A DNA stretch of 63,759 nt, filler included, from Octopus bimaculoides (lineage: Eukaryota), in the NCBI RefSeq assembly GCF_001194135.2. It is 8 parts of 5 records of this genome, joined end to end, with 100 filler letters (N's around TTAATTAATTAA, not from the genome) between each part and the next. Parts side by side here need not be neighbours in the genome. Positions count along the whole stretch, not along the records: positions 1 to 24,849 come from NC_068987.1; positions 24,950 to 28,029 come from NC_068989.1; 6 more parts are not named here. One strand, 5' to 3'. Made by a program: the position numbers and the translations under genes. Below are positions 14,870 through 27,238 of the stretch, one piece after another; within the stretch, counting starts at the first letter, position 1; each line of letters starts with the position of its first letter. Below the pieces are notes generated by a model. It saw only the letters and a list, made by a program, of their open reading frames with translations. It did not search any database and was not told the origin of the DNA.

Positions 14870-15684
14870 CATCTATCTATCTATACACATACACACACAT
14901 TTATATACTTGCGTGCATACACATGCATGTTTACATCCGACGATCTTTCGCGTAGTTCGCGTTGACCAAAAGTACACCCCCAAAAACCTTTCTTTGAATT
15001 GAGATAAAAGACAGAACAGACAACACTAATACAAAACGTGGTACAGGTGTTTCAAACTCGAGACCAGGTGCAGGAGAAAGTTTGTTTCTTCACTACAGAT
15101 TCATACTTGAACTTTTTTACAGAAGCTTGGGCAGGGAAACTACATTAACTGTGAACTCTGAGACAGAAAGACGTGTCCACGAATGTCCTCTTATATTCAG
15201 ACGATACGTGATGTCCTCTTCCTCTATCATGCGTCAACTTTGGAGAATTCTTGATGTTTGAGATTTTCTCTCCTTCTCATAAGAAGTTTGTCTTAATTGC
15301 CGTTTGGTAATTATGGCACATCTTCTGGGAGCGCAGATAGTGTTAATAAATCAAGAATGTCTGTTGTACGGTATATGATACACCTGTATTTGTCTATGTT
15401 CAAATGCGCACCATTGTGCGTTATTTCTCTTAGTTCGTTTTTATTTTAAAATACACTAGTACTATAGACAAGCGACTAACTATTAACAGACATGGTGAAT
15501 AAATGATTTCCTGGAACTTGATATCATTAATTGAACAAATTTGAAACACGGTCATGATATATGAGAAACAGACATAGCATCGTTCTCTTGATTTTCTCTT
15601 AGTAGGATGTCAAATCGAGACCACACAACGGGGCTAGACTAGAGCGGGAGGTTAGATAAGGTAGCAGAGCTAGACCAGAGAGGA

Positions 15685-15881
15685 GGGCCATAAATTTCTT
15701 GGGGTGGGGGTAGTCGATTACATCCACCTCAGTGCTCGACTGGTTCTTTATTTCATCGACTTCTGTAAGGATGAAAAGCGAAGTTAACCCCGGCAGAATT
15801 TGAATTCAGAACGTAAGGAAGGACGAAATGCCACTCAGCATTTTGCTCGGTATGCTAACGATTCCGTCAGTTCACCGCCTT
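15685..15881 (-). mobile_element. Family B SINE-like copy
   Basis: gtcgattacatc...atttgaattcagaacgtaa...gctaacgattccgtcagttcaccgcctt. Confidence 0.75.
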
Positions 15882-16720
15882 AGGTTACATTAAAATAATA
15901 TAAATGAACTATAAACCTAACATATCTCCAAGCAACGACACAGCGAACATAGCTGAAAGAGACCACTCACTGTTTTTAACTGCTCTCCACGAACAGTAAA
16001 CAATCATTCGGAGTCTTACGATGTATTTTGTTTACCACTGTCTCTTCAGATCACTCACAGTTTTATCAGGGCTCTCATCCAGTCGAAAGTTTTCAGGACA
16101 TCTGTAGATTAGCTGTGTGTAATAAACATGACAATTTGTACGCTCTTTGTAAATAAAACTCACTGTGAGAAGCCACTTTGTGTCATTCGGTCAGGTCAAT
16201 CACACAAAAAAAACTTCCAGAAAAAAAAAATGCAAAATACAAAAAAAAAAAACCCAAAGAAAACAACAACCAAAAAACAAAAACGAAAAAGAACACTACA
16301 GTTACTCATATTTTCAAACATTTAGGAAAATGTATTTTTTTCTTTTCTGCTTTGGGATTCTAGATTATCGCTTAACTAAGCAATTACGAGTTTTAACATT
16401 ATCTTCTTATACTTGTTTCTGTCATTGGACTGCGCCCATACCAAGGTATCGTCTTGAAGGATTAGATCGAATAAATCCACACCGGTACTTATTTTCAAAG
16501 TCTGGCACTTATTCTATCTATCTATTTATCTATCTACCCTTTTAAAAAAATTTTATTTTTATTTTTTTATTTTTATTTATTTATTTTTTGCCCCTACCGA
16601 TCCCTTTTGATCGGATTTTTTATTTTTATTTTACCTTTTTTATTTTTAAAGAAAAGCTCTACAGTTGTATTTGTCCCCTCTGTGTGCAGCCCTGTGTGGC
16701 TAATAAAAGAAAGATATCTA

Positions 16721-16756
<36 letters not shown>

Positions 16757-16964
16757 TGTATCTGTGTCGAAGCAGTTGTCCACAGATATCTTCTTTTTCT
16801 TTGATTTTCAAAGGGATATTTATATCTGCAGGGCAGCTGTCCTCTTTGATGGTACATACCTTTGCCCCTCTGTCCCAAACAACAATATCCGGCATGTTAT
16901 GTATGTATGTATGTATGTATGTATGTATGTGAACGCACTCTATTTACATACATTCATATTAATT

Positions 16965-17181
16965 TTAAATTTTGGCACAAGGCCCGCAAATTCGGGAGAG
17001 GGTTTAAGTCGATTACATCGCCTCCACTCACCTCCTTTGCACAACTGGTGGTTCTTATTTTCCAAGAAGAATGACAGGCAAAGTTGACTTCGGTGCAGTT
17101 TGAACTCAGAACGTAAAGACGGATGGAATACTGCTGAGCCTTTTGCCCAGCTGGTTAGAGATTCTGCTAAGTCACCGCCTT
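16965..17181 (-). mobile_element. Family B SINE-like copy
   Basis: ttttggcacaaggcccgcaaatt...gtcgattacatcg...tttgaactcagaacgtaaagac...gtcaccgcctt. Confidence 0.75.
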
Positions 17182-17507
17182 TACACACACATTCATATTC
17201 ATAGCACATGCATACGTACTTATATACATACAAGCAACCACATGCACACACATAAAATCCATCTATCCAGCCAGCCGTCCGTCCGTCCGTCCACCTGTCT
17301 GTTTGTCTGTCTGTCTGTCTGTCTATATATTTATATATAGGCGTAGTTCTTGCGCAACTACACCTGGCAGGGTTCTTGTGCAAGAAGAGGTGTTTCACGT
17401 GACTTCATCTACGCATAATTTATCACACTCCTTTTTCTTATGTTTTTTTTTTTTTACGATCGTAACCGGTATTAAACTTATGTTATACTGAAATCTTCAT
17501 CTTTACC

Positions 17508-17570
<63 letters not shown>

Positions 17571-17585
17571 GTATGGGTGTGCGTG

Positions 17586-17617
<32 letters not shown>

Positions 17618-19044
17618 CNNNNNNNNNNNNNNNNNNNNNNNNNNNNNNNNNNNNNNNNNNNNNNNNNNNNNNNNNNNNNNNNNNNNNNNNNNNNNNNNNN
17701 NNNNNNNNNNNNNNNNNNNNNNNNNNNNNNNNNNNNNNNNNNNNNNNNNNNNNNNNNNNNNNNNNNNNNNNNNNNNNNNNNATATATACTATTCATTTTC
17801 AGCTATTGGATTATTTAATTGAATAGTACAGTCTTCTTAAGTTTTTCGAGAACTATAGATAATTTACATGCATAAATATATTCATTCATTCATTCATAAA
17901 TACATACGTACGTACGTACATACACGCATGCATACATACATACTTATATACACACATACACTCATATACACATACATGCATACATACATAAATACACAGA
18001 CACAGACACACGCACACATTTATTTCTAATTTTCGTAAAAATTGAAAAAGACTCTGACTTAACAAGAGAACATAAAAGATAATAACATCTATCTATCTAT
18101 CTATCTATCTATCTCTGCATTCACGTACGTATGCATGTATGCAAGCATATATATNNNNNNNNNNNNNNNNNNNNNNNNNNNNNNNNNNNNNNNNNNNNNN
18201 NNNNNNNNNNNNNNNNNNNNNNNNNNNNNNNNNNNNNNNNNNNNNNNNNNNNNNNNNNNNNNNNNNNNNNNNNNNNNNNNNNNNNNNNNNNNNNNNNNNN
18301 NNNNNNNNNNNNNNNNNNNNNNNNNNNNNNNNNNNNNNNNNNNNNNNNNNNNNNNNNNNNNNNNNNNNNNNNNNNNNNNNNNNNNNNNNNNNNNNNNNNN
18401 NNNNNNNNNNNNNNNNNNNNNNNNNNNNNNNNNNNNNNNNNNNNNNNNNNNNNNNNNNNNNNNNNNNNNNNNNNNNNNNNNNNNNNNNNNNNNNNNNNNN
18501 NNNNNNNNNNNNNNNNNNNNNNNNNNNNNNNNNNNNNNNNNNNNNNNNNNNNNNNNNNNNNNNNNNNNNNNNNNNNNNNNNNNNNNNNNNNNNNNNNNNN
18601 NNNNNNNNNNNNNNNNNNNNNNNNNNNNNNNNNNNNNNNNNNNNNNNNNNNNNNNNNNNNNNNNNNNNNNNNNNNNNNNNNNNNNNNNNNNNNNNNNNNN
18701 NNNNNNNNNNNNNNNNNNNNNNNNNNNNNNNNNNNNNNNNNNNNNNNNNNNNNNNNNNNNNNNNNNNNNNNNNNNNNNNNNNNNNNNNNNNNNNNNNNNN
18801 NNNNNNNNNNNNNNNNNNNNNNNNNNNNNNNNNNNNNNNNNNNNNNNNNNNNNNNNNNNNNNNNNNNNNNNNNNNNNNNNNNNNNNNNNNNNNNNNNNNN
18901 NNNNNNNNNNNNNNNNNNNNNNNNNNNNNNNNNNNNNNNNNNNNNNNNNNNNNNNNNNNNNNNNNNNNNNNNNNNNNNNNNNNNNNNNNNNNNNNNNNNN
19001 NNNNNNNNNNNNNNNNNNNNNNNNNNNNNNNNNNNNNNNNNNNN

Positions 19045-19085
<41 letters not shown>

Positions 19086-20129
19086 TTATGCATGTACGTA
19101 TCTTTCTATACGTATTACATATGTCTGACTCACCTTTGTCTCTTTTGCCCTTTTCTTCTCTATCTTCCTCTGTCTTTCAAGCGAAGTACAGAAGTCGGTA
19201 AGTACACAAACTCTAAATAGACAAACACACTTAAGAAACGTTGACTGTAGACAGCAGACAACTCGCTAACACCTCCATATCCAAGAATACACACAAGCAC
19301 ACACATGCACATACACGCACACACACACTCACGCACTCACACGCATGCATATACACGCACATCGATAAATAGCGAGACGACACGTAAGATATATTTATGG
19401 AATATCAACAGTAACATAAAGGAAGGAATTGCAGCTGATCGACTTGTTAATATCTGCCGGTCTGCTGCACAAAGTATCAACGGTTGGTTTATCCTCTAAT
19501 CAGGTAGCCGAGGTGTAGAGTTTGCAAGAGACACTTAACTCTCAATACCTTAATAGATCATTGTTAAAACCCTTGGTCGGCTCTGATTGAGCAGATCTGT
19601 GATCAAACATATTCGCGTAATGACCACATCATTATCTTTTTTTCTCTCATTTAGTATATCGAGAACTACATTATCTAATGTGTTTTTCCGTTGCTTTTCT
19701 TTGGAATGTGGTACGCGAATGTATGTATGTATGTATATATATATATATATATATATATAAACAAAAGTAAATGAGTATATGCATATATACGTACAGGTAT
19801 GTGCATACCGACATCCACCTGTATGTATAGGTGCATATCTGGGTACAGGACATTGCAAACAAACGTAGACGAGAACACACGAGCCACATAGAGAACATTC
19901 TACTTCATCAGCTACCCACGTTTTAACACCGGCGTTTCGACGAGCTTCGAGCAGGACGCAACGTTAAAACGGCTCGTCCCATGGATCNNNNNNNNNNNNN
20001 NNNNNNNNNNNNNNNNNNNNNNNNNNNNNNNNNNNNNNNNNNNNNNNNNNNNNNNNNNNNNNNNNNNNNNNNNNNNNNNNNNNNNNNNNNNNNNNNNNNN
20101 NNNNNNNNNNNNNNNNNNNNNNNNNNNGA

Positions 20130-20160
<31 letters not shown>

Positions 20161-20269
20161 TATATATATATATGTATATATATACGTGGTACGCGTATGT
20201 ATATATGCGTGTATGTGGGGGGATATGAGTGTGTATGTATATCTATGTGTGTTTCTTTGTGTTTTGTTT

Positions 20270-20467
20270 GTGCTGTATTTGCCTCCCTCTACGGCTTGGC
20301 AATCAGTGTTGGTTTGTTTACGTTCCTGTAACTTGGCTGTTCGCCAAAAAGTTACCGAGACAATAAGTACCGGACTTTAAAAAAGCAAGTACTAGGATGG
20401 ACTCTTGAAGGTGCTGCCCCATCGTAGCCGCAGTCTAATGATTGAAGCGAGTAAACGATAAAAGATA
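20270..20467 (+). mobile_element. Family A SINE, diverged 3' half
   Basis: gtttacgttcctgtaacttggctgttcgccaaaa...aataagtacc...gccgcagtctaatgattgaagcgagtaaacgataaaagataa. Confidence 0.7.
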
Positions 20468-21440
20468 AACGTTTTTTTGTCTTCTTTAAGAAATCAGAAT
20501 GTGAAGGCGCGTGGCTGAGTGATTAGAGAGTTTGGTTCGCAGCATCAATACCGTGGGTTCGATTCTTAGTTTGGGTAGCACTTTTGTCTTTGGAGCAAGG
20601 CATTTAATTCCACTCTGTACCGGTTTACTCACTTGGGGTATCTCCCGCTCTCCCACACCCCATCAGTCCTATTTTGGATGTAGGTTAAGGGTGGGATGGC
20701 GAGAGGACATATATGTCTGCTCGAGACTACACAGGCACCTAAAACAATTTGCGCATAATACACGCCACGCATCCAGTCATACTCGTTTGCGAGTGACGGC
20801 TACCGAACTCGTGATTTATGGGAATTTGGTTGGTATTTCTAGCAGAATGACTGTCCAGATAGCGATCCTCTTGTTACTAATCGACACTGTGTGCAAAGTG
20901 CTGAGTTATGATACAGCGATCGATCGATTGATTGTTGTCATTGCTCAGCTTTGATCTTAAAGACCTATGACCAGACGCTTTCAAGCTGTAATCAACGCAT
21001 CTCTTTTTTTCTTTCTGCCAGATTGTATCCAGTATTATGTCATTCAACGTTCAATGTTTTTATATAGTAGAGTGGTAGAGAATACATTGAGGAAGATTAA
21101 GCTGCTATTTCTAGGATGCTGCGTGATCGCGTAGAGAGGCTTTCTTGTACCAGCTCAGCAGTCTGTACATAGTCACACTATCTTCTTAATGCTATTGCCA
21201 AAATTTCTCTCAGCAAACGCCTTACCATCTTTAAAGCAGGGACACTAAGTCGAGAGGCTTCAAAACTTAGGACATTACCTAAAGATTGTCCGCAATGGCT
21301 TAAAGAAGTTTTTCCGATCGGTTTTTGTTTGGATTATAGCAGTTCAAGTCAAAAGTGTTCAGTATTTCAAGCTTTAATTAGTAGTTTAAGCAAATTATAT
21401 ACAAAAAAAATGTTTATTCATCAAAATATATCCCATTGTA

Positions 21441-21654
21441 GGAAGCGCAATGGCCCAGTGGTGCCTGTAATTCAAAGGGTCAGCCTTGTCACATTATATC
21501 ACGCTGAATCTCCCCAAGAACTACGTTAAGGGCACACGTGTCTGTGGAGTGCTCAGCCACTTGTACGTTAATTTCACGAGCAGGCTGTTCCGTTGATCGG
21601 ATCGATTGGAACCCTCGATGTCGTAAGCGACCGAGTGCCAACAGCAACAACAGC
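21441..21654 (+). mobile_element. Family D SINE with internal deletion and (CAA)n-like tail
   Basis: ggaagcgcaatggcccagtggt joined directly to gcctgtaattcaaagggtcagcc; ends gagtgccaacagcaacaacagc. Confidence 0.85.
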
Positions 21655-22544
21655 ATCCCATTGTAATATATTGTTTGTTGCCATTGTTGTGCCAGAACCC
21701 CAATTCCTCGTCTATACCATTTGACTGGTTTAGAGGCAAAATCTCCCTGGATGGGATTTGGACTCGGGATGTAAAGAGCCAGAAACAACAAATTTCACAC
21801 AACATTCTAATAATTCTGTTAATTCACCGCTCTGGACAGGTACTTTGTTTTATCGAGAACTTAGCGGGATGAAAGACAAAAAAGCTGACTTGGGTGGGAT
21901 TTGAACCAAGAAAAATTAATGAGCTAGAACCGCAAGGCATTTTGTTCTACGCTCTAACTATTCCGTTTATCGGCTTCCTTACATTGGTTGCCTTTGATTT
22001 ATTGATCAATCTGGAGGTTGGAAGACAACGTTACGAAGTTGACATTGGCCGGATTTGAACTCAGAACCTAAAGATCTGAAACAAATGTGGCAACACTTTT
22101 GTCCAACATAAATCAACAGGAAGGTGATATTAATGACAATGGCGCACACACACACACACGCGCACGCGAGCACATTTATACGTGTTTGTGTTTGTGTGTG
22201 TATATGTGTNNNNNNNNNNNNNNNNNNNNNNNNNNNNNNNNNNNNNNNNNNNNNNNNNNNNNNNNNNNNNNNNNNNNNNNNNNNNNNNNNNNNNNNNNNN
22301 NNNNNNNNNNNNNNNNNNNNNNNNNNNNNNNNNNNNNNNNNNNNNNNNNNNNNNNNNNNNNNNNNNNNNNNNNNNNNNNNNNNNNNNNNNNNNNNNNNNN
22401 CACACACACACACACACACACTTCTGTTAGAGTTAGTATGCTTAATGTAGCGAGTATTAAATATCCAATTAAAAATAATTATGTGATAAGGAAATCATTA
22501 ACAACCAACATTAGCTCAATGACTAATATCATTTTGCTAATTCT

Positions 22545-22985
22545 AGCGTGTAGAGCTGACTGAATCGTTAGTCCAGAGCCACAGGAAATGCTGCTACATA
22601 AAAATTTTTAGCGTAATTTCCTCCGGCTCTTTACGTTTTGAGTTCAAATTCCACCGAGGTCAGCATCACTTTTCTCCGTTTCAAGGTCGATAAAATAAGT
22701 ACCAGTTGATCACTGGCGTTATTCCTCCACAAAATTGCTGTCTTGGTGCCAACATTTTAAACCATTATTTTAATCATTTCAGGGCGATGAGCTGATAGAA
22801 ATATTTGAGTGTCTGATAAAATGCTTTCCGCTTCTTTACGTTTTGGGTTCAAATCCCGTCGATATCAACCTTGCGTATAGCCCCTCCTCCAGAGTCGATA
22901 AAATAAAGTACTAGTCATGTACTAGGGGTATTGTACCCGAATAACCCCTCCCCTCAAAACTGCTTACCTTGTGTTTAGATTACAA
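22545..22985 (+). mobile_element. Two diverged family B copies in tandem orientation
   Basis: gagctgactgaatcgttag...gagttcaaattccaccgaggtc...gtcgataaaataagtaccag; repeated from about 22780. Confidence 0.7.
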
Positions 22986-23257
22986 AAATTATTGCTTTTA
23001 TAATTTCGAGGCAGCAAATTGAAGATATACAATGTGGTATTTGACCTAGTTCTTTGCGTTCTGAGTTCGATTCAAGCTGAAGTCAACTTTGCATTTGATC
23101 TCCTTCAGCCTCAGTAAAAGAAAGCATCAGCCAAATGCAGGTAATGTATTTTATCGACCCTGGAGGAAATGAAACGACTGTTCCCCTTCCAAATTTCTGG
23201 CCACGAATCAGTGTTAGAAACAATTACAGGTACATTACAAGTAATATTACGTAAATC

Positions 23258-23569
23258 TAAGACGGTCAGCTGGCAGAAACGTTAGCACGCTGGGCGGAAT
23301 GCTTAGCGGTATTTCGTCTGTCTTTACGTTCTGAGTTCAAATTCCACCGAGGTCGACTTTGCCTTTCGTCCTTTCGGGGTCGATAAACTAAGTGCTAGTT
23401 GTTTCGGGCCTTGTACCTAGAGTAGAAAAGAATATTACCTGAGAATATTACCTGAGAATATTACCTTTAGGGGTCGATAAGTTAAGTACCAGTTGCGTAC
23501 TAGGGTCGATCTAATCGACTGATCCCCTCCCCCAAAATTTCGGGCCTTGTGCCTAGAGTAAAAAGAATA
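23258..23569 (+). mobile_element. Family B SINE-like copy with duplicated 3' segment
   Basis: gctggcagaaacgttagcacgctgggcggaatgc...; tttcgggccttgt(a/g)cctagagta occurs twice; 13-bp agaatattacctg about x3 at 23429-23466. Confidence 0.85.
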
Positions 23570-24068
23570 TAATGTACATCTATATTCGTTGTTAATATTA
23601 AATCTAACGTTAAGTCGGTCTTGGTGAAATTTGAACTCAGAACGTAAAGACTTAAAAAAGGCAGAATCTAATGCGGGAGGACTTTGACTGCTATTCCTGC
23701 CAGGACGAGCGAAAACGTTAAGGTTCCATCGTTTTTGATAGAATGTGCTAAATTAAAAATATGTAAATAGCAGAAAGGAAATAATAACAGGAATTAGATG
23801 TCTTAGGTATAATATAACATAGGAATATTGGTGTAATATAGAAATATTGGTATAACATGGAAATATTGTTAAAGAGATGTAAAAGTAGATAGACAAAGGA
23901 AGAGAGAGGGAGAGAGAGAGAGAGAGATAGATAGTGAGAGAGACAGAGAGAGTGGAGGGAGGGAGAGAGTTTATAAAAATAAATCAAAGCGTGTTCATCA
24001 TGGCACATATGTATGTATGTATCTATGCATGTAATATGTAAGCCTGAATTTATCCAAGTATAAATACG

Positions 24069-24107
<39 letters not shown>

Positions 24108-24133
24108 GGACATACATATGCACGTATACATAC

Positions 24134-24210
<77 letters not shown>

Positions 24211-24227
24211 TATAAACGCACACTCAC

Positions 24228-24262
<35 letters not shown>

Positions 24263-24588
24263 CGCGCGCGTGTGTGTGTGTCTGTTACACACACACACAC
24301 ACAGATATGCATGGCGTACATACCCGCACGCACACAACCGTCCTTGTACGATCGAATGCACTCGTACGCATTTATGACTGGTTGATAAGTAACAGTACTT
24401 ACAATAGAAGCGCATGTAATTCTATAGAACTCGCAACGGGATAGCGACGTATTGGTATTGCTTCAGAACATATCATCTATAAATGTGTGTGACTGTGTGT
24501 GGTGTGCGCATTAAAAAGTGCGCTTCTGTCTTGGTATGTAGTACGTGTGTGTGTGTGTGTGTGTGCGTTCGCATGAACNNNNNNNNNN

Positions 24589-24629
<41 letters not shown>

Positions 24630-24694
24630 ATATTACTCTTGTATATGTTTGTCAATGAATGGATCTACATAGTACTATTCCCTATGTATGTATG

Positions 24695-24726
<32 letters not shown>

Positions 24727-24849
24727 CATTACAAGCATGCATGTAAGTCGTACAAAAAACAGACGTACAGTTACCTATACACATGAACACATAGAAACAA
24801 CTTCACCCTCAAATGAATGCCTATATATGTGTATGTATACACACACATT

Positions 24850-24949
24850 NNNNNNNNNNNNNNNNNNNNNNNNNNNNNNNNNNNNNNNNNNNNTTAATTA
24901 ATTAANNNNNNNNNNNNNNNNNNNNNNNNNNNNNNNNNNNNNNNNNNNN
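24850..24949. other. Artificial scaffold-joining spacer (44 N + TTAATTAATTAA + 44 N)
   Basis: Identical 100-bp construct occurs seven times; stops in all six frames. Confidence 0.95.
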
Positions 24950-25417
24950 GTTGACGCACTCGATTGCAGTAGAGATGAGAATAGAAGTACCGGTTGCAGT
25001 CATTATAAAATGGCTTTTGAGTAGAAATGATCGAAAAGACGCTGGCAAATAATCATATTTCTGAGCTTGAACCGAAACTCCGATATGCTTGAAATCTGAA
25101 ACGTTGAACGTGCTCTGCAGTAACGTGACGGAGAAGATTTTTGTCCAAATAAGGTAAACATGGACTGGTACATTGGATAGTTTTCATTATATCCTTGTTT
25201 GGTTTGCGTAACTTATTTTGCGTAACTTATTTTGTTGTTATTTTTATTGTAAGAGGAGAAGGAGGCTATGATTGTTACTGGGGCGAAACTATAGCGTTAA
25301 TCGTTGAATTCATTTTAATGTTTTATGGTAATCGTAAGATCGAAGAAGTGTTTAGTAATGGGAGAGTCAAACGAATTATAAACCTATGCATCAACAAAAC
25401 AAACAAATACACTTGTA

Positions 25418-25491
25418 GTTCTATATTTAGCGTAGTGGTTAAGAGCGCGGGCTACTAACCCCAAGATTCCGAGATCGATTCCAGGCAGTAA

Positions 25492-25530
<39 letters not shown>

Positions 25531-25695
25531 TAACAAAAACATTGAAAAATACCTTAGGAATGAGAACCTAGCTTCGAAATTTCCCCAAGACACCTGATGA
25601 AGGCTGAAGGGTATATCAGCCGAAACGTTGTGTTAACAACCAACAAGATGAAGACAAATATCCGTCAAATGTAAATAATGTAAATAATGTAAATA
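25418..25695 (+). mobile_element. tRNA-headed SINE-like element (family E): Pol III head, (TAA)n, hammerhead module, (AATGTAAAT)n tail
   Basis: A box TAGCGTAGTGG 25428-25438, B-box-like AGATCGATTCC 25472-25482; 3' module nearly identical to 53290-53440. Confidence 0.8.
25589..25634 (+). ncRNA. Minimal type-I hammerhead ribozyme motif with palindromic helix III
   Basis: GACAC - CTGATGA - A - GGCTGA(agggtata)TCAGCC - GAAAC - GTT - GTGTT: helix I 5 bp, helix II 6 bp, ACGT palindrome, GUU triplet. Confidence 0.75.
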
Positions 25696-26055
25696 CACAA
25701 ATATATTTCTCATTCATACACCATCAGTTTGTGTGTATAGACGTTGTTTCGAACGATACTCAACATATTGTACAATTATTTTTATTCTGTTCAATGGGGT
25801 TTGGGAGTGGTGGTCAAAAGCAAAAAGGAAATCAAAAAGGAACATGGTAATACAGGAAGTGAAAGATATGAAGATATCAAGAGAGTCCAAAGAGTCCAGT
25901 ATGGTCGACAAGAATAGCATTTGCCACTCTGTTCTTGAAAAGGGATGCCTAACTTACTTCAGAAATTTCATCTGAACTTTTCGGTGGTTGCACACCTATG
26001 ACATTGAACGCATATTACTTATGAATATGGTTACTACGTAAATCATGGTCATCTT

Positions 26056-26287
26056 ATTTCTTTATTGCCCACAAGGGGCTAAACATAAAGGGGACAAACA
26101 AGGGCAGACAAAGGGATTAAGTCTATTACATCGACCCCAGTGCGTAACTGGTACTTAATTTATCGACCCCGAAAGGATGAAAGGCAAAGTTGACCTCGGC
26201 GGAATTTGAACGCAGAACGTAACGGCAGACGAAATACCGCTAAGCATTTCGTCCAGCGTCTTAACGATTCTGCCTGCTCGCCATCTT
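26056..26287 (-). mobile_element. Family B SINE-like copy, low divergence
   Basis: tttctttattgcccacaaggggctaaac...ttatcgaccccgaaaggatgaaaggcaaag...ttaacgattctgcctgctcgccatctt. Confidence 0.85.
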
Positions 26288-26596
26288 GAGACAGCTGTCG
26301 AGATAAGACTTTAAATAATATTTTTTGCTTTATTGTATACTCTATATTTTGTTTTCCATGTAAATACATATCTGAAACTTAACTGTGTTTATCTAACTTG
26401 CTACCTCCATAACAACTCAATAAGGTTTGTTCTTATAGCTAACTTTCGATAACGAGGCACTGGCCTTGATGAAGTTGCAGTTTAAGTTTACGTCAATTTG
26501 AGTACTACTTTATGTTATCTATACTGGGCTTATTTTGCTTTCATCCCTAGTCTTTCTGTTATCATATATATATATATATTAAACTAAGAAATAAGA

Positions 26597-27041
26597 ATAT
26601 CCAGAGGTAATGCAGTACGATCATTTCATGCAACTCCATTTAATTGAACAATGCAATGATTACATCAATTTAAAATGCAGAGCAACCCTCAGCTGCACAA
26701 AAAATATAGAACTTAATTAAATTAGAACACATGGACACATTAGTATAATTATGTCTAAAATCTCCAAGAAGTTAAGGAGATAGACAAAGATGATGTTACC
26801 TCTACTACAACATAGATTAACTTCTATGTTGTAGTAAAGGCAACATCTTCTTTGTCTATCTCCTTAACTTCTTGGAGATTTTAGGTATAATTATACTAAT
26901 GTGTCCATCTGTTCTAATTTAATTAAGTTTTATGTCTTTGTGCAGCTGAGGATTGCTCTGTATTTTAAATTGATGTAATGATTGCGTTGTTCAATTAAAT
27001 GGCGTTGCATGAAACGCTCATACTGCATTACCTCTGGATAT
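26597..27041. repeat. Large fold-back palindrome (about 220-bp arms, 6-nt loop), MITE/Foldback-like
   Basis: atatccagaggtaatgcagta...ctactacaacataga | ttaact | tctatgttgtagta...tactgcattacctctggatat. Confidence 0.9.
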
Positions 27042-27154
27042 CCTTGCTGCTTATTTTGATTTTAATCACCTTACTTTTAAATTATATGGATAATACCGTA
27101 CTAAATTCTGGTGCCTCAACTTAAGTACCATATTCAGCTGAATCTAAATGTTTG

Positions 27155-27188
<34 letters not shown>

Positions 27189-27202
27189 NNNNNNNNNNCC
27201 TC

Positions 27203-27237
<35 letters not shown>

Positions 27238-27238
<1 letters not shown>

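Noticed and set aside
14990-15330. Complex, exon-like sequence
   Set aside because: The frames I translated on both strands close within about 25 codons; no recognisable protein.
24894-24905. Recurrent TTAATTAATTAA as a biological motif
   Set aside because: Always centred in exactly 44+44 N; an assembly linker.
25428-25495. Possible tRNA gene (also SINE heads at 6345, 7420, 53785)
   Set aside because: No complete cloverleaf; continues into a multi-copy SINE body.
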